A DNA stretch of 64,000 nt, taken from the NCBI GenBank assembly GCA_977017575.1, contig CDRNVI010000012.1:930001-994000 (forward strand). The letters run 5' to 3'. The position numbers were made by a program, and so were the translations under genes. Below the pieces are notes generated by a model. That model saw only the letters and a program-made list of their open reading frames with translations. It was not told the origin of the DNA and searched no databases. This document shows positions 1-10,719 of this stretch, piece after piece (position 1 is the stretch's first letter; every line of letters starts with the position of its first letter). This DNA comes from Paramoeba atlantica (taxonomy: Eukaryota > Protista > Discosea).

Positions 1-20
1 CCAAGCGCAACTGTGTCGGA

Positions 21-767
21 ATGAAAACCAAACGAGAGGTACCCATGGGAGGCAGTCGATACTCTGTGAACTACAAGCCGCTGCATCGAATTCCGAAGTG
101 GCTTGCGTACATTGTACACGACCGCGAACGAAAACGTTTGCTGGGATTCTTTCTGTACAGCAACGGGTGTTACGTTGCGGAGCTACTGACGTACAAACAG
201 ATTCCCCGGCTTGTGTACAACAAGTATTTTCAAAAGTACATCCCGACTCTGGGGCAGACCGTCGAGCTCCGTCAAATTACCTATGGTAAGGAATTCCACT
301 CGCTGGAGTGGTACCCAGGGGGTGGAGCAAGCATGGTACGAGCGGCCGGGACCTCGGCTGTGATCCTACGCGGAACGGAACCAAATTTGGTACCTGTGCT
401 GCTACCGAGCACGGAGGTTCGATTATTCGAGGATAACTGTCACTGCGTGTTTGGACGGCGTGCCGGGGTCATGCAGCGCTACACCCGTTTCGGGGGATTT
501 CGCACTCGTATAGGAATTCGTATGGTGCGACCTCGGAGCAAGAAGAACCAAGTGAAAATGGACCAGCACCCCGCAGGAGGGGGGAATGGCTCCAAGTGGC
601 ATTTAATTTTTCCACTGGATTACCGCATTCACCCAGTGTCACAGAAAACGAAGCATTGGCTCTCGTCGTATATTTTGCGAGGACGATTGTACAACAAGCA
701 TATGTCGATTGCTGAAATCAAGGAGAAAACATACGGGTGGAAAAGTCGCGATCCAGTTTATCGATAA
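21..767 (+). CDS. MRPL2: Mitochondrial ribosomal protein uL2m (probably 5'-truncated by the window edge)
   Basis: L2-type C-terminal region (RP...MDQHPAGGGNG, equivalent to the HPHGGG motif) and L2 RNA-binding segments (ASMVRAAGTSAVI). The frame is open from position 3, so the real start may lie upstream. Confidence 0.75.
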   Translation: MKTKREVPMGGSRYSVNYKPLHRIPKWLAYIVHDRERKRLLGFFLYSNGCYVAELLTYKQIPRLVYNKYFQKYIPTLGQTVELRQITYGKEFHSLEWYPGGGASMVRAAGTSAVILRGTEPNLVPVLLPSTEVRLFEDNCHCVFGRRAGVMQRYTRFGGFRTRIGIRMVRPRSKKNQVKMDQHPAGGGNGSKWHLIFPLDYRIHPVSQKTKHWLSSYILRGRLYNKHMSIAEIKEKTYGWKSRDPVYR

Positions 768-947
768 ACTGCTTCATTTCTAAGATTTCTTGTAGATAGT
801 TTAGGTTTTTTAAATATTTCTGTTCTACATGTACCTGTGGTCTTCACATGCTCGAGTGCCAAATATCGAATATTTTTTGAAAGTAATTTTCGTTTACCCC
901 TTTTTAGGAAAGATTGCGATTCACATACTACAGCAATCACTTACATT

Positions 948-2660
948 ATGATGACTGCACCATCTCCCACTGTCGACAGTTCCCTACTCGATGACGCACT
1001 AAGCTCTGCGCTTCATAATTTATACCCCACCGGTCCACCCAAGCGCAATACCGAAAACTTACCTCCCAGCGAGCCCCCAGATAAAGCCATCCCTCGGGTT
1101 AAAATCGCCTCACGACCTCCCCCCCAGGAGGAACCTCCCCACACCTCGCCCCCCGAGACCTGTTGCCTCCACATCCCCACCCTGGAACCCGGAGTCACGG
1201 ACCAAACCCTCTTCGAGGCCTTTGCCCCGTTCCACGCCCTTGACGCCTTTGTCATCCAAGACCCCGCACTCTACACCTTCTCCACCTCCACCAGTCCCCC
1301 CACCTCCCCTCCCCCTCCCACCCCCACCCCACCCGCCGGCATCCTCCTCTTCCGTGACCCCACCACCGCCGCCGCCGCCGCCGAACGCGTCTCCCTCACC
1401 GGCCTCGTCCCCTCCCCCCCCTCCTCCCCCCCTCCCCCCCTCCCCGAGCTCGCGCGCTCCCCCCCCGCCTCCGCCCTCCGCACCCCCCTCGGTTGCGCCC
1501 ACCGCGGCTGCCGCACCCTCCTCTGCATCCTGCTCCACTCCCCGCACCACACCCAGGGCGCCACCGCGGAGGTGCTCTCCGCGCTCGAGGACCCCCGCCA
1601 CGCCGCGGCCATCCTCGCCCACCCGCGGTTCGTCTCCCCCGGGCTCGGCTCCGTCGTCGCGCGCGCCCGCCCCGAGCTCCGCCCCCACCTCTCCCGCGAG
1701 CTCCTCACCACGCTGCTCCGCGAGGACAGCGCCGAGGGCTACGTCGCGGAGGCCATGGCGCTCTGGGGGGAGCTCTTCGCCCGGGGGTGCTTCCGCGGGG
1801 TCAGCACCCCCGGGCGCGTGCTCGAGGCCGTGCTGGAGTCCGGGGTGGGGCTCACCCGGAAACGGGTAAAGGGGTTGTGTGGGTTGGTGGCCCGCACGAC
1901 ACGGGAGGGGTGGGAGGGGGAGGCTGTGGAGGGGGTGCTGCGGAGGTTAAGGGGGCGGAGTGTGGAGCCGGAGGGGAAGGAGGCGTTGGTGGAGCTGTGT
2001 AGGTTGTTGCGGGAGAGGGGGAGGGGGGAGAGGGGGGAGGGATCGAGGGGGGGTGGGAGGGGAACGCATGGGGGTCAAAAGCAAGGGGGGTCGGGGGAGG
2101 GGAAGGAGGGAGGGGGGGTTCATACGCAGCGGAAGCCCTCGTCCTCGTCGTCTTCCTCCTCTGCGGGTGGTGCAACGCCTCTTGCAGCCTCGCTCGGTAC
2201 CCCTGCGGTGGTTGTGCTCACGAACAACACAAAGCTCACCTGCGCGCTGTGCTCCGCAAGGGCAAAGGTACGGTGCACGGAATGTGAAAAGAATTTCTGT
2301 GCGGAATGCCAGAAGTACGACGTCCAGATTCATGATTGCCTGTCCCGTACCGTGTACGTTAGCAAGCTGGACCCCTCCGTAACGGCCTCGGAGTTTCGAG
2401 AAATTCTTGATCGATTTGGCACGGTCGCAAAAGTACGACTCTGTGGTGACCCCACGCAACGCAGCTTGTATGCTTTCATAGAGTTTACAACTGCGGCAGC
2501 AGCGCGTAAACTTCTTCAAGCTGACAAACAAATGATACGGAGCCTTAGTTGGCGGTGTTTACCCGCTCGTCAGCCTATCCATGACCACAACGAAGAAGAT
2601 CAATCCGGTAAGTCACGGATCTGCACCTTTGGACTTTCTTCTGAAGCAGCCGCTCAATGA
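948..2660 (+). CDS. Multi-domain RNA-binding protein: degenerate RRM, MIF4G-like helical region, Cys-rich zinc finger, C-terminal RRM
   Basis: C-terminal RRM TVYVSKLDPSV...KVRLCGDPTQRSLYAFIEF; CALC...CTEC...FCAEC...H finger; WGELF and LCGLV helices. ATG at 948 follows a CAG at ~931-933. Confidence 0.65.
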   Translation: MMTAPSPTVDSSLLDDALSSALHNLYPTGPPKRNTENLPPSEPPDKAIPRVKIASRPPPQEEPPHTSPPETCCLHIPTLEPGVTDQTLFEAFAPFHALDAFVIQDPALYTFSTSTSPPTSPPPPTPTPPAGILLFRDPTTAAAAAERVSLTGLVPSPPSSPPPPLPELARSPPASALRTPLGCAHRGCRTLLCILLHSPHHTQGATAEVLSALEDPRHAAAILAHPRFVSPGLGSVVARARPELRPHLSRELLTTLLREDSAEGYVAEAMALWGELFARGCFRGVSTPGRVLEAVLESGVGLTRKRVKGLCGLVARTTREGWEGEAVEGVLRRLRGRSVEPEGKEALVELCRLLRERGRGERGEGSRGGGRGTHGGQKQGGSGEGKEGGGVHTQRKPSSSSSSSSAGGATPLAASLGTPAVVVLTNNTKLTCALCSARAKVRCTECEKNFCAECQKYDVQIHDCLSRTVYVSKLDPSVTASEFREILDRFGTVAKVRLCGDPTQRSLYAFIEFTTAAAARKLLQADKQMIRSLSWRCLPARQPIHDHNEEDQSGKSRICTFGLSSEAAAQ

Positions 2661-3024
2661 TTCTTGCTGCTACTCAACCTGTGCGAAAGGAAAAAAAACG
2701 AATAGAACACGGCGGGTAGTACATTCGCGCATTTTAATTATCAACGTGAATGATTTTGCCAACAGAGATACAATGATTGGTTATCATCTAAGTTTGGACT
2801 CTCTTGTATTGTTTATGGAATATATTCTACGTATTGATGCATTCATATGCATTTTGTAAAAAAAACAGTAATGCCATTAATACATTATGAACCTTGATCT
2901 TCTGAAAGTTTTTTTCTCACCACTGTGATAGGACTAATCCTTTCACCAGTACATTAGCTAGTCTTTTACGTTAGTGAATTTTATTTGTCTTCAGACACAC
3001 TTTAAGTCTTACACTTTTTTACAC

Positions 3025-3435
3025 ATGACTGCGCAGCATACCACTATGAGTAAATCTTCTAGGGGGAGACCTCGCATGCCCAAAACTCCACCAACGACAA
3101 TGGATGATGATCCTCCAAAGCAAGAAGAGGAGCAATTAGAGGAATCTACGAAACCTGCGCCCAAAAAGCGCTTTGAAATTGTCAAATGGAATGCCGTAGC
3201 ACTATGGTCGTGGGATATTACCGTCGACACCTGTGCCATATGTCGCAATCACATTATGGATTTATGCATTGACTGTCAGGCTAAAGCACAACCCACGACG
3301 CATAACGAGTGTACCGTGGCGTGGGGCAAGTGCAACCATGCTTACCACTTTCACTGCATCTCTAGGTGGCTACGAACCCGCAATGTATGTCCTTTGGATA
3401 ATCGAGACTGGGAATTTAAGAAATACGGCAGGTAA
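3025..3435 (+). CDS. RBX1: RING-box protein 1 (SCF E3 ligase subunit)
   Basis: [38 protein letters not shown]...[32 protein letters not shown]; alternative start at 3046. Confidence 0.97.
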   Translation: MTAQHTTMSKSSRGRPRMPKTPPTTMDDDPPKQEEEQLEESTKPAPKKRFEIVKWNAVALWSWDITVDTCAICRNHIMDLCIDCQAKAQPTTHNECTVAWGKCNHAYHFHCISRWLRTRNVCPLDNRDWEFKKYGR

Positions 3436-3819
3436 AGATCGTCTGAATCATAGCAGTGTGTTTAAAAGTGGTTCCCAGTTTTCTAATTATTCACTTATCA
3501 ATAGTTCTCTAGGGTTAGAGCATCGGATGATATTCAATGTAAGGGTAGACGTTCTCATGTACATGTAAATTGAGGTTATTCCCCTTTTTGGTGAACTTTT
3601 AAGCATTTGCGGCTTTATTTATTCTTGTTGATTCAAAAGCTTTATACTTTTGAAGTGGATTGTCTTGAAGTTTTATTTGCATTCGAACTTATAGTGGAAA
3701 TTTTTCGATGTCCGGTCTTTCGGTATTCACCTTCAGGTCTAGGAAAGCGATTCAGGAACGCTTCCTGCATATACATCACGGTATAGGGAAATAGTAATTC
3801 ATTGGGCTCCTCCGCACTT

Positions 3820-6519
3820 ATGCTCCGTCTTGCGACTATTTTGTGCTCGTTGTGCTTTTTATCCATCGGTTTATTTACCAGAGGTTTCTTGCTAAGCAGA
3901 GAAACTCTCTTAGGATATAATCAATCTAGCCCTTCCGTTCCACGACTTGTGGATCGAGTTGTGATTATTCTGGTAGATGCACTTCGTCCTGACTTTATTT
4001 TCCCTAATATTCGATCTCATCCCCCTGGGGCTTCAGTTCGTCCTCACTCCCTTTCCTACATTTCCGATGCTCTACGTTCGAAGTCCAACGTCGCCGGGTT
4101 TGCTTTTGTTGCGGACCCGCCCACCACCACAGCCCAGCGACTTAAATCCCTCACGTCCGGAACGTTTCCTACGTTTATTGAGGCCGGTCAGAATTTTGAT
4201 TCTGCTGTGCTCCGCGAAGACAACATCATCGCTCAACTTAAGCAACAGAATATTTCACGTGCGGTTTTGGGGGATGACACTTGGTTGAATTTATTCCCCG
4301 AACCCATGTGGAATCGCACCCATGTGTATCCCAGTCTGGACGTCTACGATCTGCATACGGTAGATCGCGGAATTCTCTCCCATCTTTATCCATTGTTGCA
4401 AAATGATCAACATGAATTTGTGGTGGCTCATTTTTTGGGTGTCGATCATGTAGGGCATCGATACGATGCGCGTCATCCAGAAATGTCATCAAAGTTGGCA
4501 GAAATTAATGAGTGTATTGAGAAAACGAGTGCCGTATTACAACAGGGTGAACAGGATTCTCTTTTGCTCGTGTTTGGAGATCATGGTATTACGGATAGTG
4601 GAGATCATGGAGGAGGCAGTGAAGACGAAGTCACTTCCTTTCTCTTTGCTGAATACTTTTTTAATACCAAAACGACGGAAACAGAAGTCCATAACTCTAT
4701 GAAAGGCAAGGATAATTCCGATAGCTCGAGAAATAAGACAGTCACACGTGCTAACAATAATTCTCCTCTTCATGAAAGTACAGCACCAAAGCTAGAGACA
4801 TTTCTAAGACAGATGCAACAACAGCGTCATACATATTACGACCCAGAAAACAGAACCTGGGATTATGAGGGTCGCGCGTTGAAGGGCACTGAGGTGTGTA
4901 TTAACGGCACTATACCGTATGTGTACCAGGTAGATCTTGTTCCTACACTTGCCATGCTTTTCGGAATTCCTATACCTCAAAATAACATGGGTAGAATTAT
5001 TCCAGAAATTTTAGCTTTCCCCATTTTTGCTCAATACACAGATGGCGTTGAAGTACTAGAAAATGCCTATCTGGATAACATCCATCAAGTATCGGAATGT
5101 TTGCGAAATTCTCATCATGCGGATGAGAAGTTAGAGTATTTATCTCAAAAATTATCTAACAATTCTGCTTTGAACGCAGAAAAATATGTTAAGCAGTCTA
5201 AAGATACGGAGTCCCTGTCTTTTTTGTTTGCTTGTGATTCTGCTTTACGAGAGGCATCCAGTCGTCTTCGACTTGAGTGGACTCATTATGATGAGAACCT
5301 GATGATTATAAGTCTTTCTGGGCTTGCAATTTGCTGGGCGGCCTCTTTTTTATGTTTGCTCCAAGTTTTACTACCAGACCATGATTTACGCGACATACGA
5401 AACGTGAAAAGTGTTCGACTAAAAGGCTTTGCTCACACCATCATACTTGTTTCTCTATTGTTTTTTAAGTGCTTTTCCGCGTTGAGTAGTAGCCTCATAA
5501 TAGAAGAATCGGCAGTGGTCTGGGCAGGAATGCAGTTAACATTGGTTGTTCTTGCTGCACACTGTTCTGTCCAAAGGAGTAAGGCGCTTACTGTTACTTT
5601 TGTTGCGCTATACTTGTTGCACTACGGAGTACCCGTGAGAACACACAGTCTGGCGCTGGCATCATCTGTTGTTAAACACGTAGAATACTTTTCACCGCTT
5701 TTTCTTGCATGCAGCGGATATTTAACTTACTCTTTCTTGCACGACAAACATACCAAAGTCTTGAACATTGTATGTGTCTGTATGCTTGGTTGTTATCGCT
5801 ATTTCCGCTCCGAACCCGGATGCCAGGTGGCAATACTAAGTTCTAGAACTGCTCTGCTCCTTATAGTGATTTTGTTTTCCTTGTCGTTGCGTAATCTTCG
5901 TAAAGGCTCGCAAGCCGCGTACGTCATTGTGAGTTCATGCATATATTTCGGAATCTTGGTATCTCAGCCCAAATATATTTTTTCGTACGCGCTCTACATT
6001 GTTTTTTTGAAATCTGTTCGAGAATGGAGCAAAGACTTTAGTGAAGTGAAGTTACGAAAAGATGATAAGAACTTGTTCCTTCTTGCCACTCCAATACTCG
6101 CAGTCTATGTGAGCCACTATGGACTGTTTTTCGCAACAGGTCACCACACTGTTTTATCTACTTTGGACTGGACGTCTGCATATACAGCCATGGGGGAGTA
6201 CAATTGGTACACGGGAATGTTTTTTGTGAGCAGCGAATCTTTTTTGGCTTATTTTGTCGGACCGATAGCAGCGACTGTCTTAGTTAGCGGCGTTTTTGAG
6301 TCATCTTATAGCAAAAAAATAGTGTCTCCATTTAGGATAGTAAGCCAAGTATTGTTGTTCAACTCTCTAGGATCTATATTCGGTGCAGCTCTCACAATAT
6401 GGTTACATCGTAGGCATCTGATGTTATGGGAAATTTTTACACCTTACTACATATACACCGTGATTGGAAATATCATGAGCATCGTCGTGACGCTTTTCTT
6501 CTTTGCGATTACAAGATGA
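3820..6519 (+). CDS. PIGO: GPI ethanolamine phosphate transferase 3 (PIG-O/GPI13)
   Basis: VDALRPDF, ADPPTTTAQRLKSLTSG, HFLGVDHVGH, GDHG...GDHGG alkaline-phosphatase-like motifs plus a multi-TM C-terminus ending RRHLMLWEIF. Confidence 0.93.
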   Translation: MLRLATILCSLCFLSIGLFTRGFLLSRETLLGYNQSSPSVPRLVDRVVIILVDALRPDFIFPNIRSHPPGASVRPHSLSYISDALRSKSNVAGFAFVADPPTTTAQRLKSLTSGTFPTFIEAGQNFDSAVLREDNIIAQLKQQNISRAVLGDDTWLNLFPEPMWNRTHVYPSLDVYDLHTVDRGILSHLYPLLQNDQHEFVVAHFLGVDHVGHRYDARHPEMSSKLAEINECIEKTSAVLQQGEQDSLLLVFGDHGITDSGDHGGGSEDEVTSFLFAEYFFNTKTTETEVHNSMKGKDNSDSSRNKTVTRANNNSPLHESTAPKLETFLRQMQQQRHTYYDPENRTWDYEGRALKGTEVCINGTIPYVYQVDLVPTLAMLFGIPIPQNNMGRIIPEILAFPIFAQYTDGVEVLENAYLDNIHQVSECLRNSHHADEKLEYLSQKLSNNSALNAEKYVKQSKDTESLSFLFACDSALREASSRLRLEWTHYDENLMIISLSGLAICWAASFLCLLQVLLPDHDLRDIRNVKSVRLKGFAHTIILVSLLFFKCFSALSSSLIIEESAVVWAGMQLTLVVLAAHCSVQRSKALTVTFVALYLLHYGVPVRTHSLALASSVVKHVEYFSPLFLACSGYLTYSFLHDKHTKVLNIVCVCMLGCYRYFRSEPGCQVAILSSRTALLLIVILFSLSLRNLRKGSQAAYVIVSSCIYFGILVSQPKYIFSYALYIVFLKSVREWSKDFSEVKLRKDDKNLFLLATPILAVYVSHYGLFFATGHHTVLSTLDWTSAYTAMGEYNWYTGMFFVSSESFLAYFVGPIAATVLVSGVFESSYSKKIVSPFRIVSQVLLFNSLGSIFGAALTIWLHRRHLMLWEIFTPYYIYTVIGNIMSIVVTLFFFAITR

Positions 6520-6595
6520 AAGATTTTATCTAGACCTCTCCGCAGGATATCTTTTTGTTGATTCTTTGGATATTTTTTTATTTCTGGTTTCTATA

Positions 6596-7532
6596 CACCC
6601 CTGTACAGCTTCATTTACCCCCCCTACAGGTCTTGTATTTTGTTCGATTTTGGAAATGTTTGGTATAGGACTGTTTTTCGACGCGATCGTCTCGAATCCG
6701 CTGTCCTTTTCATGATTGGAATAAAAAAATTACTAAAATGACCAGACGATTTTTGAGCTTTTTCCATATTTTTGAACTTTTTTATGTTTATAAAAGTATA
6801 CAATTTTAATAAAATTAAAAGTATATTAATCGTGTGTAGAGAACGTAAAAATGACGCTAGATAGGTATTCAATATCCAATATGATACCTTTTCTTTTCTA
6901 TCACCAATTGAAGTCTTTTGCAATAGTTTTTAAAAGGATTTCTTAATTCGTCAACATGTTCTCCCGTTTTAATGATGGCATCTTGTAATTCGTGTCTATT
7001 CTTAGGTTTTATTACTGTTTGGATGTGATAATCCATCCAAGACCACACCTTCTCTACAGGGTTTAAATCAGGGGATAAGGGGGGCCAATCTATTGCTCCC
7101 TTTTTCAACTTTTAAATGCGAGGCAATGAGTTGGGGCATTATCCAACTGAAGAATTACCCGGCTCTTCTTTCGTAAAGAAGAAACGAAACCGCTTTCTAC
7201 CATAGCTTTCCACACATCTTTTAGTTCCTTGTACCGTGCTATGATCAGCGTTCGCCTTTCGGGTGGAATGCGCTGATTTGGGAGAGAGGAAGCCCGATAT
7301 CTTTTGACCATTAAGGAAAAAATGTCAAAAAATGGATTTTTTTTAGTGTGGGCAAATGAAAAACGAGTTTTTCGACGAAATTTTTAAACTCTCGGAAGAA
7401 AAAAAGGTCGCTCAAGTGAAAAGGACAGCGGATTCGAGACGATTGTGTCGAAAAACAGTCCCACACCAAATATCTCCAAAGTCGAACAAAATGCAAGATC
7501 TGTGCGGGGGTAAATGAAGCTGTACAGGGGTG
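6596..7532 (-). mobile_element. Internally deleted Tc1/mariner-type DNA transposon
   Basis: ~117-bp imperfect TIRs (6596-6712 / 7418-7532) beginning CACCCCTGTACAGC; TA on both sides (6594-95, 7533-34); transposase remnant inside. Confidence 0.88.
6869..7311 (-). pseudogene. Tc1-like DDE transposase C-terminal fragment, frameshifted
   Basis: LQLDNAPTH in one frame and DWPPLSPDLNPVEKVW in another, joined by a frameshift near 7105. Confidence 0.85.
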
Positions 7533-7559
7533 TATCTACAGTAAGTTGGTTTCTACCTA

Positions 7560-7889
7560 CTGCCCTCCCACTTAAACGCAGCCGGGTTTTGGCCGAAAAT
7601 TGCGCGCAAGTAGCCGGGTCAAAAATAACACAAGGGGGAAATTGAGCTGAAGGTGGAGAGAGAAACATACAGTAGTGGAAAAAAAATCTGAGAATGAAAG
7701 AAAGCTAACCAGAGTGTAATGAGTCGATCAATAGGAAATCGTGCATGCGATAAAAAAAAATAAGCGATATAAACGATAAAAAAAATCCTCTAAATAAATC
7801 GCCCCGCTTCGCGTGCGGTTTTGGTCGTGCCTCAAAATTGTGCTTAAGTAGTCTTATCAAACGGTTGCGCATAAGTGGGGGGGGCGCAG
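7560..7889. mobile_element. MITE with TA-flanked CTG..C-run..ACTTA termini
   Basis: Left TA|CTGCCCTCCCACTTAAACGCAGCCG versus reverse complement of the right end TA|CTGCGCCCCCCCCACTTATGCGCAACCG. Confidence 0.6.
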
Positions 7890-8005
7890 TATGTAACTGA
7901 TATTTCATTTGTGATTCCGTTTATTTTACGAAACTTTAATTGTGAAGATTTATTACTACAATAGTAGTATCTTTTGTATTTCAATTTGGAAATCTTACTA
8001 TCCAC

Positions 8006-8938
8006 ATGCCTGCAGCTGAGAAAAGAATTAAGTCACCCGACGACTTAACACATTTTCTACATTGCGAAACTCGTCAAGAGTTGCTTCGGTTTATTGAGGA
8101 ACTAGCCACCAGTGTCCGGGGACTTCAAAGAACCGAAGTAGCCGTTCCAAAGCCAGAATCTTTGGCCCAGCGCATAATAGACATGCTGCGAATCCTTCAA
8201 AAATGGGTTGTAGATATACCTCTACAAAGCAGCAGCACTCAACGATACGGAAATAGGGCGTTTCGAGATTGGTGTGCCCGGTTGCGAGAGCAGTGCAACA
8301 GTCTGGTACACAAGATGCTTTCAGAAGACTCGACTACGTTGTTATATCTAGACGAAATAGTGAGTTACCTGTTGGATGCTTTTGGAAATGCCACCAGATT
8401 GGATTACGGTACGGGTCATGAACTTCATTTTCTCGTCTTCCTGTATTGTCTCCACAAAATTGGGCTTATCTCCAAAGATGCATTTCGTGGCATTACAATG
8501 TATGTGTTTTGGGAATACATAGTTCTGGTACGTGCCTTGCAATCTCGATATCATCTCGAACCTGCAGGTTCACACGGAGTTTGGGGGCTCGACGATTTTC
8601 ACCATCTTCCATTTATTTTTGGTTCCTCACAGCTTATAACATCTACACAGACAAATTCGTATCCCCCTTCGGTAATCACAGACACTTCACTAATACAAAG
8701 TCGGCGAGCAGAAAATTTTTACTTCGACGCTGTCGCATGGGTCTTGGATAATAAACGGGGTCCATTTCATGAGCATAGCTCGATGTTGTATAGCATCAGC
8801 GGAATGAACAGCTGGGAGAAAATATTTGAAGGCATGTTACGCATGTATGATGGCGAAGTATTGGGAAAATTCCCTATTATGCAACACTTTTTGTTTGGGA
8901 CACTTTGTCCATACGACGGTTCCCACGAGGCTTTATGA
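8006..8938 (+). CDS. PTPA: Serine/threonine phosphatase 2A activator (PTPA/RRD)
   Basis: RYGNRAFRDW, FGNATRLDYGTGHELHF, LEPAGSHGVWGLDDFHHLPFIFGSSQL, EVLGKFPIMQHFLFG. Confidence 0.97.
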   Translation: MPAAEKRIKSPDDLTHFLHCETRQELLRFIEELATSVRGLQRTEVAVPKPESLAQRIIDMLRILQKWVVDIPLQSSSTQRYGNRAFRDWCARLREQCNSLVHKMLSEDSTTLLYLDEIVSYLLDAFGNATRLDYGTGHELHFLVFLYCLHKIGLISKDAFRGITMYVFWEYIVLVRALQSRYHLEPAGSHGVWGLDDFHHLPFIFGSSQLITSTQTNSYPPSVITDTSLIQSRRAENFYFDAVAWVLDNKRGPFHEHSSMLYSISGMNSWEKIFEGMLRMYDGEVLGKFPIMQHFLFGTLCPYDGSHEAL

Positions 8939-9729
8939 TAACAAAAAAAAACATACATGTGAACGTATGGATCAAAGTAAGGAGAGGCGTCACCTATAAC
9001 GCACCCCTAAAAGGAGTACTGCTAGCTCAACGTATTTTCAGTTCAACGCATCTTATTGAGTACGTTATTGAGTATGTATAGTTTTTGGTGAAGTTCAGGA
9101 ACCACAGTATCTTTCGCTAACAGTCAGACCTCTCGAAACTACCCCCTCAACTGCGCCACATTATCAATGGCACCGATCTTACGCTACTGTTGCCTTGAAA
9201 CAAAGATGACCTGTACTATTGCTCGTAGCTGAATGCGTCTGTAGCTCCATGCATGTTTGTAACTGTATGACGTCGTGGTTTTTGTAAATAAAAGTAAAAT
9301 ATCTGCCCTAAAAATACTTCTTGTGGTGCGAAAAATGCTTTTTCGTTTTATCGACACCTCCCTGAACACGGGCGCCCTCAGTGTGAAAGGAATTCATACC
9401 TAATTTATCATATCCGGGGAATACATATCGGGGGAATCACATCGGGGTATGTATTATTGTGTGGGATCTACAGTCCCATTTCGAATCCTTGCAACAAACT
9501 TTTAGAAAGCATAAAATGAGCTTTTTAGATGCGGTTTTCTCTAGGTTTCTCGTATTCTTATAAGGTATAGTGCAAAATTACGCAAAGCTTTTGATTTTTA
9601 CGCATCACGTGCTTATTCCATTAATAATACGTAATTTAGCTCTGCTTTGCTGCTTAATCACATTTTTTTATAGATTTTTTTCATTTTAGCCAACCTTCCA
9701 CCTCCTGAGTATTAGCTTTAAGCTGGATA

Positions 9730-10719
9730 GTGAGTCGGATTTCTCGACTAGGGGATCATCGGAACATTCTTGCTCAAGCGAAACTGAAGGAACATTTGCT
9801 ACTTCAGACATCACCACGGGCTCAGAGGGTGATGATTCTGATTGGGACCCGGACGATGAAGTTTCTTGCTCGTCCGGTTATAAACGGTTTAGCACCTACG
9901 AAAGTGACACCAGTGAAGATGTATCATCTCTCATTACTGGGCTGGTCCCAAGAAACTGCTCAGGCCGGTCAAAATCCTCCATCACATATTACCATGCTAA
10001 AAGAAAATAACATGTCCAATGACACATTTTTCAGTCATCTAGTTTTCACGGATGAGGTGAATGTTCACGCTGGTGACCTATCACGCGGGGCTTGGCAGAG
10101 TCCTGAAGATAGAGTTCCAAAAGGCCGTTCCCATCATCCAACAAAGGTTATGCTATGATGGGCTATTGACGCTGAAGGCCGGGTAATTTATCATTGGTGT
10201 GATGACTTCCGTCGGTTCTACGCTGATGAAAATATCAGTCGTACGGTGTTTAACGAAATTGGTGAAATGCCACCTCAAAATAAGCAAATTGGGTCAGTAC
10301 ATTACAGAAAGCAAATCCTCGAGGCAAATTATTCTCGTTCACAGCCATCAGCAATCCTTGTTGATGACGGTGCACCTCCCCATACTGCAAAACGAACAAC
10401 TGAATGGTGGGCGACGTACGTAGGCTCAGAAAGTGTTGAGGCGCCTCTCCGACAATATCACTCTTCGTTCGATGAGAAAAAAGTACTTCCAAAATGGCCA
10501 GCGGATTCTCCCGACCTAAATCCAATAGAGAATCTGTGGAGAAAAATAAAAATCGAAAAGAATAAGAGAAATCCATCAACCGTTTCTCAAATTAAAGCGG
10601 TATGTGAAGAGTATTTGGAGTCGGAATCATGCGTAGGTTATTGTCAGTTACTTCATGCATCATTCAAAAAAAGGTTAGAGCTCTGCATTCGGAAAGAAGG
10701 TAAAAAAATTCCTTACTAG
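9730..10719 (+). pseudogene. IS630/Tc1-family transposase with one in-frame TGA (10156-10158); DD53E triad
   Basis: ORFs 9730-10158 and 10246-10719 share one frame: LVFTDE ... KVML*WAI ... LVDDGAPPH ... WPADSPDLNPIENLWRKIK. No TIRs found. Confidence 0.85.

Noticed and set aside
1013-2531. Many long overlapping ORFs on both strands (also at 21432-21936, 27753-28414, 48101-49549)
   Set aside because: Shadow ORFs caused by stop-codon scarcity in the GC-skew islands; they translate as poly-Pro, Gly or Arg with no motifs.
10156-10158. TGA at a conserved Trp position, suggesting UGA=Trp recoding
   Set aside because: Other Trp codons in the same transposase are TGG, and host genes (PIG-O, PTPA) end in TGA; a single nonsense mutation is simpler.
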